The notes under the pieces were generated by a model. That model saw only the letters and a list, made by a program, of their open reading frames with translations. It ran no database searches and was not told where the DNA came from. Position numbers and translations under genes: made by a program. A DNA stretch of 63,081 nt, filler included, from Craspedostauros australis (Eukaryota): NCBI GenBank assembly GCA_030167865.1. It is 10 parts of 10 records of this genome, joined end to end, with 100 filler letters (N's around TTAATTAATTAA, not from the genome) between each part and the next. Parts side by side here need not be neighbours in the genome. Positions count along the whole stretch, not along the records: positions 24,205 to 46,447 come from JALAGF010002793.1; positions 46,548 to 48,281 come from JALAGF010002794.1; positions 48,382 to 49,957 come from JALAGF010002796.1; 7 more parts are not named here. One strand, given 5' to 3'. Below, piece by piece: positions 37,985-50,057 of this stretch. Within the stretch, counting starts at the first letter, position 1; every line of letters starts with the position of its first letter.

Positions 37985-38519
37985 TCGAAACCGATCTTGA
38001 CAATGCAGTCCTGTGCAATGCGATACGCCGAGGTTGATGCTTTGTTGCACCTTCGAGGTTCCTCGTCATTTGTTGGAAGATGGACAGCACCCGATTATGG
38101 GAACTGCAGATCCACAGCGCAAGATTCTTGGGAGGGGAGGGGAGCGCATCCAAAGCCACGCAATTCAGTGGCATCAAATAAGTTCCATGCTGAAACGGCG
38201 TGCAGCATAAATGGATAGAGTCTTGGCAGAGTAGAGAAGTGTAGAGCAAACTGGGAAGAATGAGACAGTACGTTGTACCGCACCGTATTGGTAGCTTCAT
38301 TACGGTGAGCTCATCTACGAGCTGCACCACGAGTGGATCAGTCACAACTGATGCTTCGTAAGACTTGTGTCACAGTCTTCGCTACACACAGTGTTATTCT
38401 ACCACGTGCATAATACTATTCTCTGCTATCCCCAAATGTATCATTCGACTTCCTCCACAATCATAGCTTTAGCGCTTGTGGAGCGCGATTATTACGTACT
38501 CTACGAATAGCATTGTATA

Positions 38520-40883
38520 TTACATGAGGACCGCCAATCCAGCCAGGAGGCTGGTGACGAGAGATGCAATGCTGAGCTGCTGCCCGGACATGGCGCTCGA
38601 TCTGCGCGCAGTGGTGGGACGCGAGGTGGGGAGGGAGCTGGGAATGGCAGATGGCATCTCAGTGCCGGACGTTGTCGGGCCATGCGATGGGATTTTGCTT
38701 GGTTGGAAGCTGGGGATGCCGGATGGGGACGCGCTTGGATATCGGGTGATCGGCGAACAGTCGATAGTGTTGAGCGGGCAGAGTCGGTCCACGACATCGT
38801 CGTATTGCTCGCATTTTCCGTTGGGAGATTGGCATGGGCCTATCGTGTTATCCTCGCACAGCGTGCAGTTCTCCGGCAGAGTGAAGGTGGGCATGCTGGT
38901 CGGCAGACTCGGAGCCTCGGATGGTCGTTCGGAGATGGGATCGCTCGGCGATGCTGTGCCCCGAACGCAAGGATAGAACTTATCGGAACACTGCCTGGCT
39001 TCGGCATCAACGTAGTCCTCGCAAATTCGTGAAGATATCTGGATGCACCAGCCCGTCGTGTTGCGGTAGCAGCCTCTGCACTGTTCGAAGACCACCGAGT
39101 TGTCGACCGAGTAGGATGGTTCAGACGTCCGTTCTGGCGTCGGGAGGAGGGTCGGTGTGCTGGACTCCAACGGGGTTGGCTGCGAGGTTGGCGAGAACGT
39201 CCCATTGAACGTGGGCGCAGCGCTGTTGGTAGGAGCAGCTGTTGTCGGGTTGGAGGACGGGACGTCTGATGGAGTCCCTGAAGGACTCTGCGTCGGTACG
39301 GAGGTCGGCGACGATGACGGCTCGTTGGTGATGATCTTCAGCGGTGATGCGGAGGGAAAGTCAGTGACGTCATCACAAATGTAGGCAACGGGGCCGCCAA
39401 ACTCCTGGCACTGGGCTTGATCGATGACGTTGAGACAGAATGGTTCCTCGATTGACGAGACCGCTGCTGCGCAGTTTCCGAAATCGCCACCATTGCAGGC
39501 CTTGCAAACGACCGACGGGTCGAACCATTCTCGGAGGATGGGAGCGGGTTCTTTGCCGTCGGGGATTGGGTTGGTCAGCGGATCCAGGGCATGCTTGAAG
39601 AATGCCATGGATTCGACGAAGTAATCGAAGCGTTCTTCTGTCCCGGACACGGGAACGCCTGAGCATGTAGCTGCTGGACAGCCACGGTTGAGGATGCCGC
39701 TGACTTTCAAGTTGAGCGCCTCGGACACTTCGCTTGTGGGGTCTTCAAAGATCTGCGCGGCCGTCGTCTTGAGCTCCTGCTCCAAATTGAAGTTGCCGAC
39801 AAAGTTTTGCATGCTCCGCACCCAGAAGAACAGACCGGAGAGCCACTTGATCTCAGGTGGTCCATCGCAGATGTTTCCCGGCTGCTCGCACAAGTTCAAA
39901 TCTGGGAACGCCGCGTTGACGGCGGAGTCCTTGCTGGCTTGCCCGTTGTCGTACCGTGTGCCCGTGAGGTAGTAATTGAGCTGGCCGATGTTGCACGGTC
40001 CGGTCGTCTGCACCACTCCGCGGCCCCACCAGCAGCACCCCTCGACGTTGCTGTATCTGACCGATGTATTGTTGGGCGCATTGAAGCAACCGACCTCCTC
40101 ATCGCAGGAGTCGTACGTGAACCATCCTTGCGTCTGGCCGAAGTAGGCATTGCAAACTGGCTGGTCGATATTCTCCTTCACGGATTCGTTGATGTAGGGT
40201 TGTGGGAATTCGGGTACGTCGTCCTGCCCAGCCGGTCCGCAGAAATCGCCGATCGTATTCCAACGCGGCGTGCCGGGCCCGGTCATTGAAGTCGGCGCAC
40301 ACATGAGCGGAGGTGGGGCACCCAGCCAGAGCGCCTTCGTGCGTGCCTTGGAGACCATGTTGGGGTCCACTGGACATTCCATGTGCTCACGACCATTTCC
40401 GTCGCATCGGTAGGCTGGGCCCTGGTAGTCCTGCTGGATCTGACCGCATGCCGCTGAGAGCGGGTAGGATAGGGGGGCTCCGCTGTAGTTGTTCTCATCG
40501 CAAGAATCCGTGCTGATGCTCTCGTGACGAGACTGGCCCAGGAAGAGGGCGATGTTGACGACCGCGGTCTCCATGGAGTCCCCGATGATGAACTTGTCGC
40601 CATCGAAGCCTTGCGATGCCGTGATGTCGTACGCACTGACGAAGTCCTTCCACCTGTACTCCCTGGATTGGTAGAGAGAGACGCCGCCAGTGAGCAGCGG
40701 CAGCTTGGATATGAGGACGAAGGCGTCCATGATCCCTTCTGTGTATGGATCCAGAAGGAACTCCATGATCTGCTTGTTGATTGCCTCGTTGGTGTTGTCC
40801 TGCGCACTCACGAGTCTGTTGTGGGATAGGCTGGTGAGTACCAGCGTGCAGGCGGCTCCGGCATGGCTGATTCCGATCCTCAT
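38520..40883 (-). CDS. Secreted/surface GH19 chitinase-like protein with Pro/Ser/Thr linkers, three 6-Cys modules and a GPI-like C-terminus
   Basis: Signal peptide from ATG 40883 (..VSA-QD). NIALFLGQSRHES and WWGRGVVQTTGPCNIG resemble the GH19 AAFLAQ..HET and YGRGxxQL motifs. SGLFFW is present, and the tail is hydrophobic (IASLVTSLLAGLAVLM). Confidence 0.75.
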   Translation of the reverse strand: MRIGISHAGAACTLVLTSLSHNRLVSAQDNTNEAINKQIMEFLLDPYTEGIMDAFVLISKLPLLTGGVSLYQSREYRWKDFVSAYDITASQGFDGDKFIIGDSMETAVVNIALFLGQSRHESISTDSCDENNYSGAPLSYPLSAACGQIQQDYQGPAYRCDGNGREHMECPVDPNMVSKARTKALWLGAPPPLMCAPTSMTGPGTPRWNTIGDFCGPAGQDDVPEFPQPYINESVKENIDQPVCNAYFGQTQGWFTYDSCDEEVGCFNAPNNTSVRYSNVEGCCWWGRGVVQTTGPCNIGQLNYYLTGTRYDNGQASKDSAVNAAFPDLNLCEQPGNICDGPPEIKWLSGLFFWVRSMQNFVGNFNLEQELKTTAAQIFEDPTSEVSEALNLKVSGILNRGCPAATCSGVPVSGTEERFDYFVESMAFFKHALDPLTNPIPDGKEPAPILREWFDPSVVCKACNGGDFGNCAAAVSSIEEPFCLNVIDQAQCQEFGGPVAYICDDVTDFPSASPLKIITNEPSSSPTSVPTQSPSGTPSDVPSSNPTTAAPTNSAAPTFNGTFSPTSQPTPLESSTPTLLPTPERTSEPSYSVDNSVVFEQCRGCYRNTTGWCIQISSRICEDYVDAEARQCSDKFYPCVRGTASPSDPISERPSEAPSLPTSMPTFTLPENCTLCEDNTIGPCQSPNGKCEQYDDVVDRLCPLNTIDCSPITRYPSASPSGIPSFQPSKIPSHGPTTSGTEMPSAIPSSLPTSRPTTARRSSAMSGQQLSIASLVTSLLAGLAVLM

Positions 40884-43800
40884 CTTTGTTCTCTGCGAGC
40901 TATGCTTGATGAGTGATGCGTTGTGCTCTTTGATTTCAGCGTTGGTTGGTGTCAAGTTTGTCTCTCCCCACTCGGATGCTGCGACTAATAGTGTGATTGT
41001 GATTGGGAGGTTGCGATTGATGCGATTGATGCGATTGATGCGGTTGTCGGGTGTGTTGTTTTGTTGCGAGTGGGAGCAGAAGGGGAGGGATGCGTGTTGT
41101 GCTGCGTTTGTTGAGAACTCCATCACAACGGAAGAGGACTGTGCGGATACAGTTGGCGTCAAGAGGCGCATTGGTTGGTACGTGTTTGTGATGCTGCGCG
41201 TGCTTCTTGGCCACCCGCTCTCTCGCACATCTCCGTCACACACAAAAACCACGCTCGCGCAAATGGGACACACAAAAGGGATTGCTCGCACACAACCACA
41301 CCAGGAAACACAACACAAACCGCGATCGAATCTTTCTTCACATTTTGTGAACTGTGCAATCCAACATCAATTTGTCGCTACTTTGTCGCAGAAAAGATCT
41401 TGTTTAGATTTGGCTCCAACTACGACATTGATACGACTCACATGAGACATACGTACAGAAGTGTCACATAACAATGGTGTGATGGCAAAGTGTGTGACAA
41501 ACCGATCGTTTCAAAAATCAAACCGGATGCACGATTGATACTTCCTGAGTCACGATGATGGTGTGTAAACGGGAACAACAATTCGCATTTCCTTCTTTGA
41601 TTCGACCGAGTATTTAGAAACCAGCACAGCCGCGAGCAAGCCCATCGGCGTTCCTGTCCGAGAAGTGGACAGCGCAGAAAGAAGACATTGTCAGTCCCAT
41701 CAACTTCCACCACACTGACGACGTGAAGGCGGTTCTTTGGACACGGCCGACAAATGTTGTTTTTCGTTTGGACGAGGAGGATTGGCGCCAAGCAATTGCT
41801 TGGATGGTGCCGCGCGTGGCCTTGCGAGTACGGAACGCAGCACACAGTGGTCTGGCATGACAAGGTGTGGCAGACAGCAAGCTTGCTCCTTGCTCACGTA
41901 GAAGAGAAGTCTGCCATGGCAACTTTGGTGCTTGTTCGGAGCATGATACCAGAGTGCAACATGCTTTCGCAAGATCGTTTTGGTACTAGCGGAACATCAA
42001 GAAGAGGACAAGAAAGAACGTCCGCGGAGGCCTGATGCAGATTGGACGTTTCTGTTGGATGCCGCAACATGAGTATGGTACGAGTATGGTGATCGTGCGT
42101 AACGTATTGGTAAACACGCTTTCACAGCTGCTTCCTCTGCATGAAGCGCCGTGCCGCTCATCTGCGATGGGATTTGCTGTGATGTTCTGATCGTGCGACC
42201 TGCTCATTCATGGGGTGCTCCTCCCTCCTTGGAATGATGCCAAATCCCTGCGTCGCGTTTGCCTCCTTCTGATTCGACTGCAGTCGAGCGACTGTGAATC
42301 TCAGCGCGGCATTGGCACAGAAGCAGGTGAGAGGGGGACATTCCAAAACAAAGAAGCATGTTGTCGGGACATCCGTGTCAGTACTCGTGCGAGGACATGT
42401 GCCTCAGACGTGTTGTCCTTGCATCCTCTCCATCGTATCGACCGCCGCCCCAGCCACCGAAGAATCGGTGGCGTTCTGACGTTCTTGATGATTCTGCTGA
42501 TGGGTTGTCTCGCATGATTTGGTACGATTCGTCCTCAATCCAGCCAGGATGGTTGCTGTTCCGATCCACTTCTCTGAGTGGAATCACTTCTCACATCACA
42601 CCCCTTCCATCCACTTCGGTTTCGTGTGCGTCGTGGCGAAAATGCATCGGCGCCAGCGCTGGACGTGGTCGCTCCCACCCAAATTCGAAATTGTGAACTC
42701 GTCCGAAGGCGACCTTTGTTGTCGATGGTTCGACGAAGTTCCAAATCGTGTCATGATGGGACGTGCACGTGGGCAGACGTGGTTGGCAACAACTGATGGC
42801 TTTGTCGGACAAGCAGGACAAATCGAGGATCATGTCCGTGTGATGGTTCGTTTGTTGATCATGGATGCGTCGAAACGGCGAGAAGCTGTTTTGGCGTTCA
42901 ACGAATCGCCTTCGTTTCTGGCGTTACCATTTGCGCGGTGGTCACGCCGCGCAAAGAATAGAGTGGTTCGCAACGATTGTTCTTGCGGAAATGCGAATAC
43001 GAGTACTCAAATGGACTTTTTGCTCCTCGCGGTGAGCCGTTCCAAAGATACAAATGATCCTTGAGCACCGTGAACGCGGTAGCAGTTGCAGGGGCCACTC
43101 AAGAAACAGGTTTCGACATTCCATCTCATTCCGCCCATACTCGTACGATAGACACCCTCCCCTGGTTTGAGCAACAAGGTAACGAGGTTCTTCTGCGTGA
43201 GACCTATTTTATGTACGAGTACGAGCTACGAGTCTCTATCCTTTCGTATGTTCTCTACCACCTTCACACGCATCCAACCTCATCCACATCCTCGTTACCA
43301 TGACAACATGACAACATCAACGATGGATGAACAACGTGGTCTTCATCTGTGTTCCTGGAGCTGACTGCACGACTCAGCGGTAGCTCTTGATGTCCAATAA
43401 CCAACAGCCACAAGCAGTAGGAGTCTTGATCAGTGAACCTTTCAGGAACAAGCATTCTCTGTTTGCATTCTCTCCCCCTCCAGAGAAAGAAGAGAGAGCA
43501 ATACTTAGACCAATGCAAGTGCCACGTTTAGAGCTTCAAGTGCCGACGCGCTTCTCTCTGTTCGTACGACGGGTAGTAGTGAGAGGTTCCTTCGGATGGA
43601 ACACGGTACGACGCAACAGAGTGGAAGGATCCTGTTCAGATTGCGCTTCGCTCTGGAGTTTTCGATTTGTGCTCTGCCCCAAGATCGAGCTTTGCCCTGG
43701 CCATCCGCCTCCCTGTTGATCTCTCCGTCTCTGTCGCTTGGTTTGTTGCTCTCTCCGTCTCTACTTCAAGGTAACACAAACCCAGCGGCAAATAAGTCCA

Positions 43801-44856
43801 ATCGACCACAACGTCCACCATGAGCGAGGAAATTGCCGAGGAGACAGCTTCCGTCTTGTTTGAGTTGGTCCTTGCACGATACCCTTGGACTCATCATTGT
43901 GTCTGGGCGCATCCGATTGCAGATAGAGTTCGGACGGAGCAGAGAGACGAGCAGAGCGCTCCAACTCGGCAGGTACTGCGCTTTCTGCTGGTCGTATCAA
44001 GGGATCGTTTGGGACTTTGGACATGGTGAAGAAAGTGAGCGCGAACAGCGAGGAACAGGAGCGGCGATGTTTCGACAGCATCCCCAACAGTGGTGATCAC
44101 TTTGCAACTTCTTCTCCGCTTCACCTGTGTGGACATCACATGAGTAGTCGTAGCTCCTCCCCCACGACCAGGCTCCACTCGACTCCGCTCTACTCTCCCT
44201 TGCGAGACCAACCTTTCTGTGTCGCGCTCTGTCCATCGCTTGTCGCAGGACCTGTGTCTGGTTCAACCATCACCTAAGTTCATGCCACGGCAACGCCGCA
44301 AGTTAGCACGTCTCTGTGTTGTGTGGATCATCCTCTGACAAAGTCGGCAGGAACGACAAAAAGGGCACACGAAAACGGACAATGGGCGGTATTACATAAC
44401 GCCACGCCTGTCTCCCTCCGCAAATACGCCGTGCTATCACCGGACTCCCTGGGAGGGGAAGGGAAAACGGCGTTTTTTTAAAATTGCGACGAAGGAAAAC
44501 GAAAGTCGAAAAGGGATGCGGGCCACCAAATGGCGAAAAATTCTTGCGTATTTTCAAAACCTACTTGTGGCTTTTTTGCTCATTATCATGTTGTGCACGG
44601 ACTGCATCTTGTTGTTTTTTGGCTTTTTTCATTCTGGTCCACGGATCCTTCGCCTCTTCATGCGATTCCACACATTCGACAGCCACAGAGTCAGCATGTT
44701 CCCCTCTCTTCGAATGGGGGTTGCGGATGTTGTTGTGGCTCTCTTGCCAGTTGACTTGTTGCATTCCATCAGCAGGATTCGTCTAGTTACAACAAGCAAA
44801 CATTGTACATTCTGACCCCACTATTTATGGTATTCTCCTTTGCCTTGCTGAGGCGG

Positions 44857-46242
44857 TTAAGTTGCATCACCACGGCGTTGTCGTGCTGACCTCCCACGGG
44901 TCCTCATCCCAGTAGTAGTCGGCTTTCTTTGTTCTTTCTCTTGGTCATCATGCTGGTGCTGTGATTGTTTGTCTCCTATTGCTTGTTCTGCCATTGTGGA
45001 ATTATTCGTGGTTGCTTCCGCCGTTGTTGTGGGCACTGTTGCAACCTGCGGCGGCTGTTGGATACTTCCTTCTGCTGTCTCTCCTCTTGCATCATCTTTT
45101 GCGACCGATTCGGTTGATGCCAAAGTTGCGCTTGGCGATGGCATCCGGACTCCAGCTGTTTCGGCTCCTCTTGTTGATGCCGGTGATGGTGGTGATGGCA
45201 AGATCGCCACCTCTGTTTGTGCATCTGTTCGTGTTGTATGCTGCGCACCGCCTGCCTGGGATGGCACGATCCATTGGGGCGATCCTGCTGTTGCCATCTC
45301 GTCTGGCCATGCCCTTATTCTTCCAATTTCTGAGACTTTGGAACGTCTGGCTGCTGGTGATTGTGGTGGTGTTGGCAAAATCGCCACCTCGGATTGGGCA
45401 TCTGTTCCTGTTGTATGATGCACACCGCCTGCCTGGGCTGTTGGGATCTCTTGGGGCGATCCCACCACAGCAACCCCCTTTTGCTGTGCCTGTCCCCCTC
45501 CACTGTCTGAGCTTTCCACCAATGCTCGTGCTGGTGATCTTGGTGGTGGCATTGCCTGTGTGTCTGTTCGTGTTCTGTGATGTGCATCGCCCGCCTGGGC
45601 TGGTAGGATCCGCACAAGTGATTCCACTACAGCAATCGCCTCTTCTTGTGCCCCTCCTCCTCCACTGTCTGAGCCTTCCACCAATGCTTGTGCTGGTGAT
45701 CTTGGTGGTGGCATTGCCTGCGTGTCTGTTCGTGTTCTGCGATGTGCATCGCTTGGCTGGGCTGGTAGAATCCGTTGGAGTGATGGGTGAATGCGACTGT
45801 TCTGGCTTCTTTCATCCATAGCAGTGCGACGGCGCGTGTACTGATCTGTACTGGCTCTCACACCTGCTGCTGCTGCTGCTGCTGCTGGAGGTTCACCACC
45901 TGATCTGCTTGCCAACTGGCCAGCAGCATCAACCAACGCCGCATCGAGGGAGATATCCTCGTGCTCCCACCATCTGTTGGCATGTTGGGAGACGTCCACA
46001 TTGACGTTGGGGCCACCTGCCATGGGCACTTGTGTGAGAGCACGAGGCTTCTTTGTTGCTTGGCTTTCTTCAGTTGCATCTGCAAACAATCTGGGTCTCT
46101 CTTGCAAGGTGTCCTCCCGTGCCCGCTTTGCACGCTTTTCCTCCACCTTGAGAGCCAGCTCAGCCTCCATCATCTCAAGCGTTGCCCGTTTGATTTCAAT
46201 ACGATCTCGCATTATTTCGGTACTGTCTGTAAAAACTGACAT
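44857..46242 (-). CDS. Hypothetical low-complexity protein with coiled coil and four ~54-59-aa internal repeats (possibly transposon-borne)
   Basis: Open frame from ATG 46242 with repeat units ILPAQ..DAH.RTRTDTQAMPPPRSPA.ALVE.SDSGGG. No family recognised. Confidence 0.5.
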   Translation of the reverse strand: MSVFTDSTEIMRDRIEIKRATLEMMEAELALKVEEKRAKRAREDTLQERPRLFADATEESQATKKPRALTQVPMAGGPNVNVDVSQHANRWWEHEDISLDAALVDAAGQLASRSGGEPPAAAAAAAGVRASTDQYTRRRTAMDERSQNSRIHPSLQRILPAQPSDAHRRTRTDTQAMPPPRSPAQALVEGSDSGGGGAQEEAIAVVESLVRILPAQAGDAHHRTRTDTQAMPPPRSPARALVESSDSGGGQAQQKGVAVVGSPQEIPTAQAGGVHHTTGTDAQSEVAILPTPPQSPAARRSKVSEIGRIRAWPDEMATAGSPQWIVPSQAGGAQHTTRTDAQTEVAILPSPPSPASTRGAETAGVRMPSPSATLASTESVAKDDARGETAEGSIQQPPQVATVPTTTAEATTNNSTMAEQAIGDKQSQHQHDDQEKEQRKPTTTGMRTRGRSARQRRGDAT

Positions 46243-47353
46243 GGTGTCGTCGGTGGCAGTCTGGGTTGCTGTCTGATGACTGATGGCAGAAACCGTGGGT
46301 GTGGCTTGTTGGCCATGCAGCCTTGGCTGCGTTGCTGATGGTAGTTGTCTGTTGTTGTTGTGGTGACTGTCCGCTGCTGGGGTGGGGCGACGACCTCCTA
46401 GGTGGATTGTGGGTTGGGGTGTTGATGGTGTCATGCTGTTGCCAGCCNNNNNNNNNNNNNNNNNNNNNNNNNNNNNNNNNNNNNNNNNNNNTTAATTAAT
46501 TAANNNNNNNNNNNNNNNNNNNNNNNNNNNNNNNNNNNNNNNNNNNNGATGATGATGGCGTTGCGTTGCGTTGCGTTGTGCCGTGCCTTTGGAGAGTGTG
46601 GTGGCGTTCCTTGCATCGCCAAGGTTCATTCGGATCTCTTGTGATTGTAGTAAACTTGGTTTTATGATTACTTGACTGAGGTGCGATGCAGAGCTCAGTT
46701 TGTTATTACGGTGTAGTGGGTGGCACTAGTAAAACATCCACGATGGGTGCATGCCTTGTCTTGCGACGGCTTGGACAATCCTTTGAGAAGGTTACTCAAA
46801 CGCTTGAGAAGGTTGTGTCTTGTCGAGCGGTCGCCATAGATAGTTGCATAGACGCATGTGATTGGATGCTGGCCTGCATGTGCGACTTCAAGGACGCGGT
46901 CTCAAAAGTGACCCTCCGTTGGAGGATGTGTGTTGTCTTGGAACACCGATGATGTGGTCGAAAAAGTGTGATGGTTGTTTTTGGCGCGAACTGGCCAATT
47001 GGTATCTTGTTGTTCGTCTTCAGTCCCGCCTGCAGTCACGATCGTGAAACGAGGGTGCTCACAAAATGGACTGATGGTTGACACAAACCCGATTCCGACA
47101 GGATCTCATGATTCTGTCTCAACGTTGACCACAATGGAAACATTGAGGGAAGGGTCTCCATGACGGCATCAACAACAGCATCAACAGCTGCGCATCTATC
47201 AGCACCTTTGCTATCTGCCTTTGCAAAAGAGACAACTGCAATCAGCATTTGGCAACAAGAATCGGAGAGACAAGAGCAACGAATAGTGCGCTACCAATCA
47301 CACGCTCAGAGGACGTCGCAATCAGGATCATTTCATTCACCTCACGTCAAGCC

Positions 47354-48281
47354 ATGCCTTGGATGTTTCGAATCATCATCGTCGTTGTGGCCATCACCGT
47401 CTGATTCTGTGCAGCCCAATTCTCCTTCCCGCCATCCACAGCACCATGTGCCTCCAATGCAGCCATCATGGGATACAGCGCCATCACAGATCTCAACGCG
47501 GACATGGTCACGGAGGTTGATCGCGTCATTGCCGGAGGTGCCCCGTCGAAACATCCCCGTCTCGACATGCACCGAGCAGACCAGCTATGACACGATCATC
47601 TCTGTGTACGACGGCGCATGCAGAGTGCTGTCCTGCATCGCGTCTGGTGACGACAACGGCATGTGCGAGTTTTTCACCACCACCAGCCAGGCGGAGTGGA
47701 GAACGACCAAGGGCACCATGTACCACATCCGCGTGAGCGGATTCCAGGAGCTGCGTGGCACGTTCGGCGTGTTCGCCACAACCGGCGATGCGGCGCCGGA
47801 CAAAGACAAATGCGAAGACGCCATCAACCTCCGCACGGACGGCTCCGTCATGTTTGGTTCCACCATCGCAGGCGACTTTGAAGGGGCGAGGGATTGCATC
47901 GGAGGTGTGCACTCTTCGTTGGATGTTTGGTACCGCGTCGTCGGATCCGGCGACAGGATGACCGTCTCGACATGCTCTGCGGCCACCAACTTCGACACTG
48001 TGCTGTCCGTGTATATTTCACGAAGCAAGAGTTGCAACGACCTGCAGTGCGTCGCGGGTGACTATGACGATGGCGCATGCAGCAACACGGCCGCAAGTGC
48101 GCTGACTTGGGACACTGAACGGGATGTGACGTACTTCGTCCGTGTCAGTGGATTCGGCGATGACACGGGCAACTTCGGCATCCGTGTTGCGAAAACGGGC
48201 AGCCCAACCGTGACATCGAGACCCACTCGACCACCGAACCTCTCGCCGTCCGGCATGATCCCAACTGGCAACAAGTCTCTC
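47354..48281 (+). pseudogene. Disrupted secreted protein with beta-sandwich-like repeats (VSTC...DT..SVY); truncated by gap
   Basis: Signal peptide MPWMFRIIIVVVAITV*FCAAQF has an in-frame TGA at 47402. The frame changes near 47550 to two VSTC..T.(Y/F)DT..SVY..C..L.C...DD..C...W....Y..RVSGF repeats. Confidence 0.65.
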
Positions 48282-48381
48282 NNNNNNNNNNNNNNNNNNN
48301 NNNNNNNNNNNNNNNNNNNNNNNNNTTAATTAATTAANNNNNNNNNNNNNNNNNNNNNNNNNNNNNNNNNNNNNNNNNNNN

Positions 48382-49957
48382 GAAAGACTGCGCCAAATGT
48401 TCATGAAAGCGTGCACTCGATGTTCGCAGACCGTACAGACCCTTGTGAATGATGAGGGGTCGTCCAGCAAGGTTCCCGAATTCTGGGCCAGCGGTGACAT
48501 AACAGCGCTCCTTTGTCTGTGCATACAAGAAGGCGTTTCCCACATCACCAGCACATACCTGAAGATCGTTCATGGCTGCAATGACGAATGCAATCCTCAT
48601 GGTTTCAAAGGCGACAACCCCGGAGTAGACATCCTCGATGGTGGGATCTGACATGTTGCCGTTCGCAACAAGGCGGGCCTTGCGCCGTAGGTCAAACTTG
48701 ACGTCGAAGATGATGTGGTACGGGATGTGCTGGTATGTCGTCAAGTCATCGTCCTCGCGGGGTAAGCGGAATGTCTTGTAGTCATTGATTTGGCGAAGCT
48801 CCTTGTCAATTGCTTCCTTCCATTGATGGTCGCCATTCATTCGATCGAGGTAGAGGGCGTGTCGGACGTTGTTGGGAACAAGCACACCAAACTTGTATCG
48901 GTTCTTGGGTTTTGCGGATGGCTTGCTGGCTGCTTGTACCAAGACTGTGTCCATTTGAAATCGCGGGATCCATTGGAAAGGTGTGGTATGTTCCAGTCCC
49001 CATGACAGTGCGTACTGGACAAGTGCATATGGGTCCTGGAGTCGGACTTCATCCACATGATGCCATGACTGGCTGTTGTTGCGCCACTTCACACGTACCA
49101 TGTCAGGATGTCGATGTGTCACAACTGACTGGATCATGTTGTTCATGCTTGTGTTATCAGTGTCGCTCGTTGTTGCGGCGATGGCATCGAGGGCTGTCAC
49201 AAGGTTCAGTTGGGCCATTTCGGTGTCGTTCAGTCCAGCACGGATGCGACGAGGTTGTGCATCACGGAGCATCATGGCATGTGAAGGTGTTGTGTTGACG
49301 GGGTAGAAGCGATTGCCATGACGGATGCCTGTCCCTTGCTTCTGTGACACGCCAAGGAAGGTGTCTGGCCCAATTTGTACAGGCTGGTCGTACTGTGTTG
49401 CCGCCAGTGTAATCGCTTTGACCTGTGTCCGGGTCATTCTGGTCTTCCATGGTGTTGGGTCTCCACGATCCTGGATGCGTTGGGACGTCCGTCGTTGAGT
49501 TCCCCGAGGAGAGCGTGATGCATTGGGTTTGCGTGGAACAGAAAGAGCCGAAGGAACAGCAGGAACCCCCCCTTTCGCCGGTGATGGCCGCGAGGTCGAA
49601 GCCGGGGAAGACTGCGGAAGGACGGGATTGGAACGAGGCTCACCAAGGGGCAGACGGGAAGGTGGAGGCCGGTCTCGAGGAACACGGGCAGGTTTGCGGT
49701 ATTGGAGAAGGCGACGGCTGGTAGGCATGCGTTGTGCGCCAAGAACGAGCGGCAACGGCGGTGGTGAGTGGTGGCGACCGGGATCGAGCTCGGGATGAAA
49801 GGAAAGGCGGTGGTTGGTTGCATTGGTGCGAAAGGGGCGCACGACGCTCCGCACAAGCACGCGTTGAGAGTGGTCCGTGAGTACGAAGTACGTCAGAGCA
49901 TCCCCGCATGATGGAGCCACACCCAGCCAATATCCAGTCCGCTCTTTGGGGTCAGGG
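48382..49957 (-). mobile_element. Ty1/Copia (CoDi-like) pol fragment: integrase C-terminus, chromodomain-like segment, reverse transcriptase N-terminal half
   Basis: GYWLGVAPSCGDALTYFVLT, YKFGVLVP, WKEAIDKEL, IFDVKFDLRRKARLVANG, AGDVGNAFLYA, KGLYGLRTSSARF. Confidence 0.93.
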
Positions 49958-50057
49958 NNNNNNNNNNNNNNNNNNNNNNNNNNNNNNNNNNNNNNNNNNN
50001 NTTAATTAATTAANNNNNNNNNNNNNNNNNNNNNNNNNNNNNNNNNNNNNNNNNNNN

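Noticed and set aside
41400..44400. Many short ORFs, possibly a decayed gene
   Set aside because: Fragments look vaguely coding but no family or splice model can be supported by eye.
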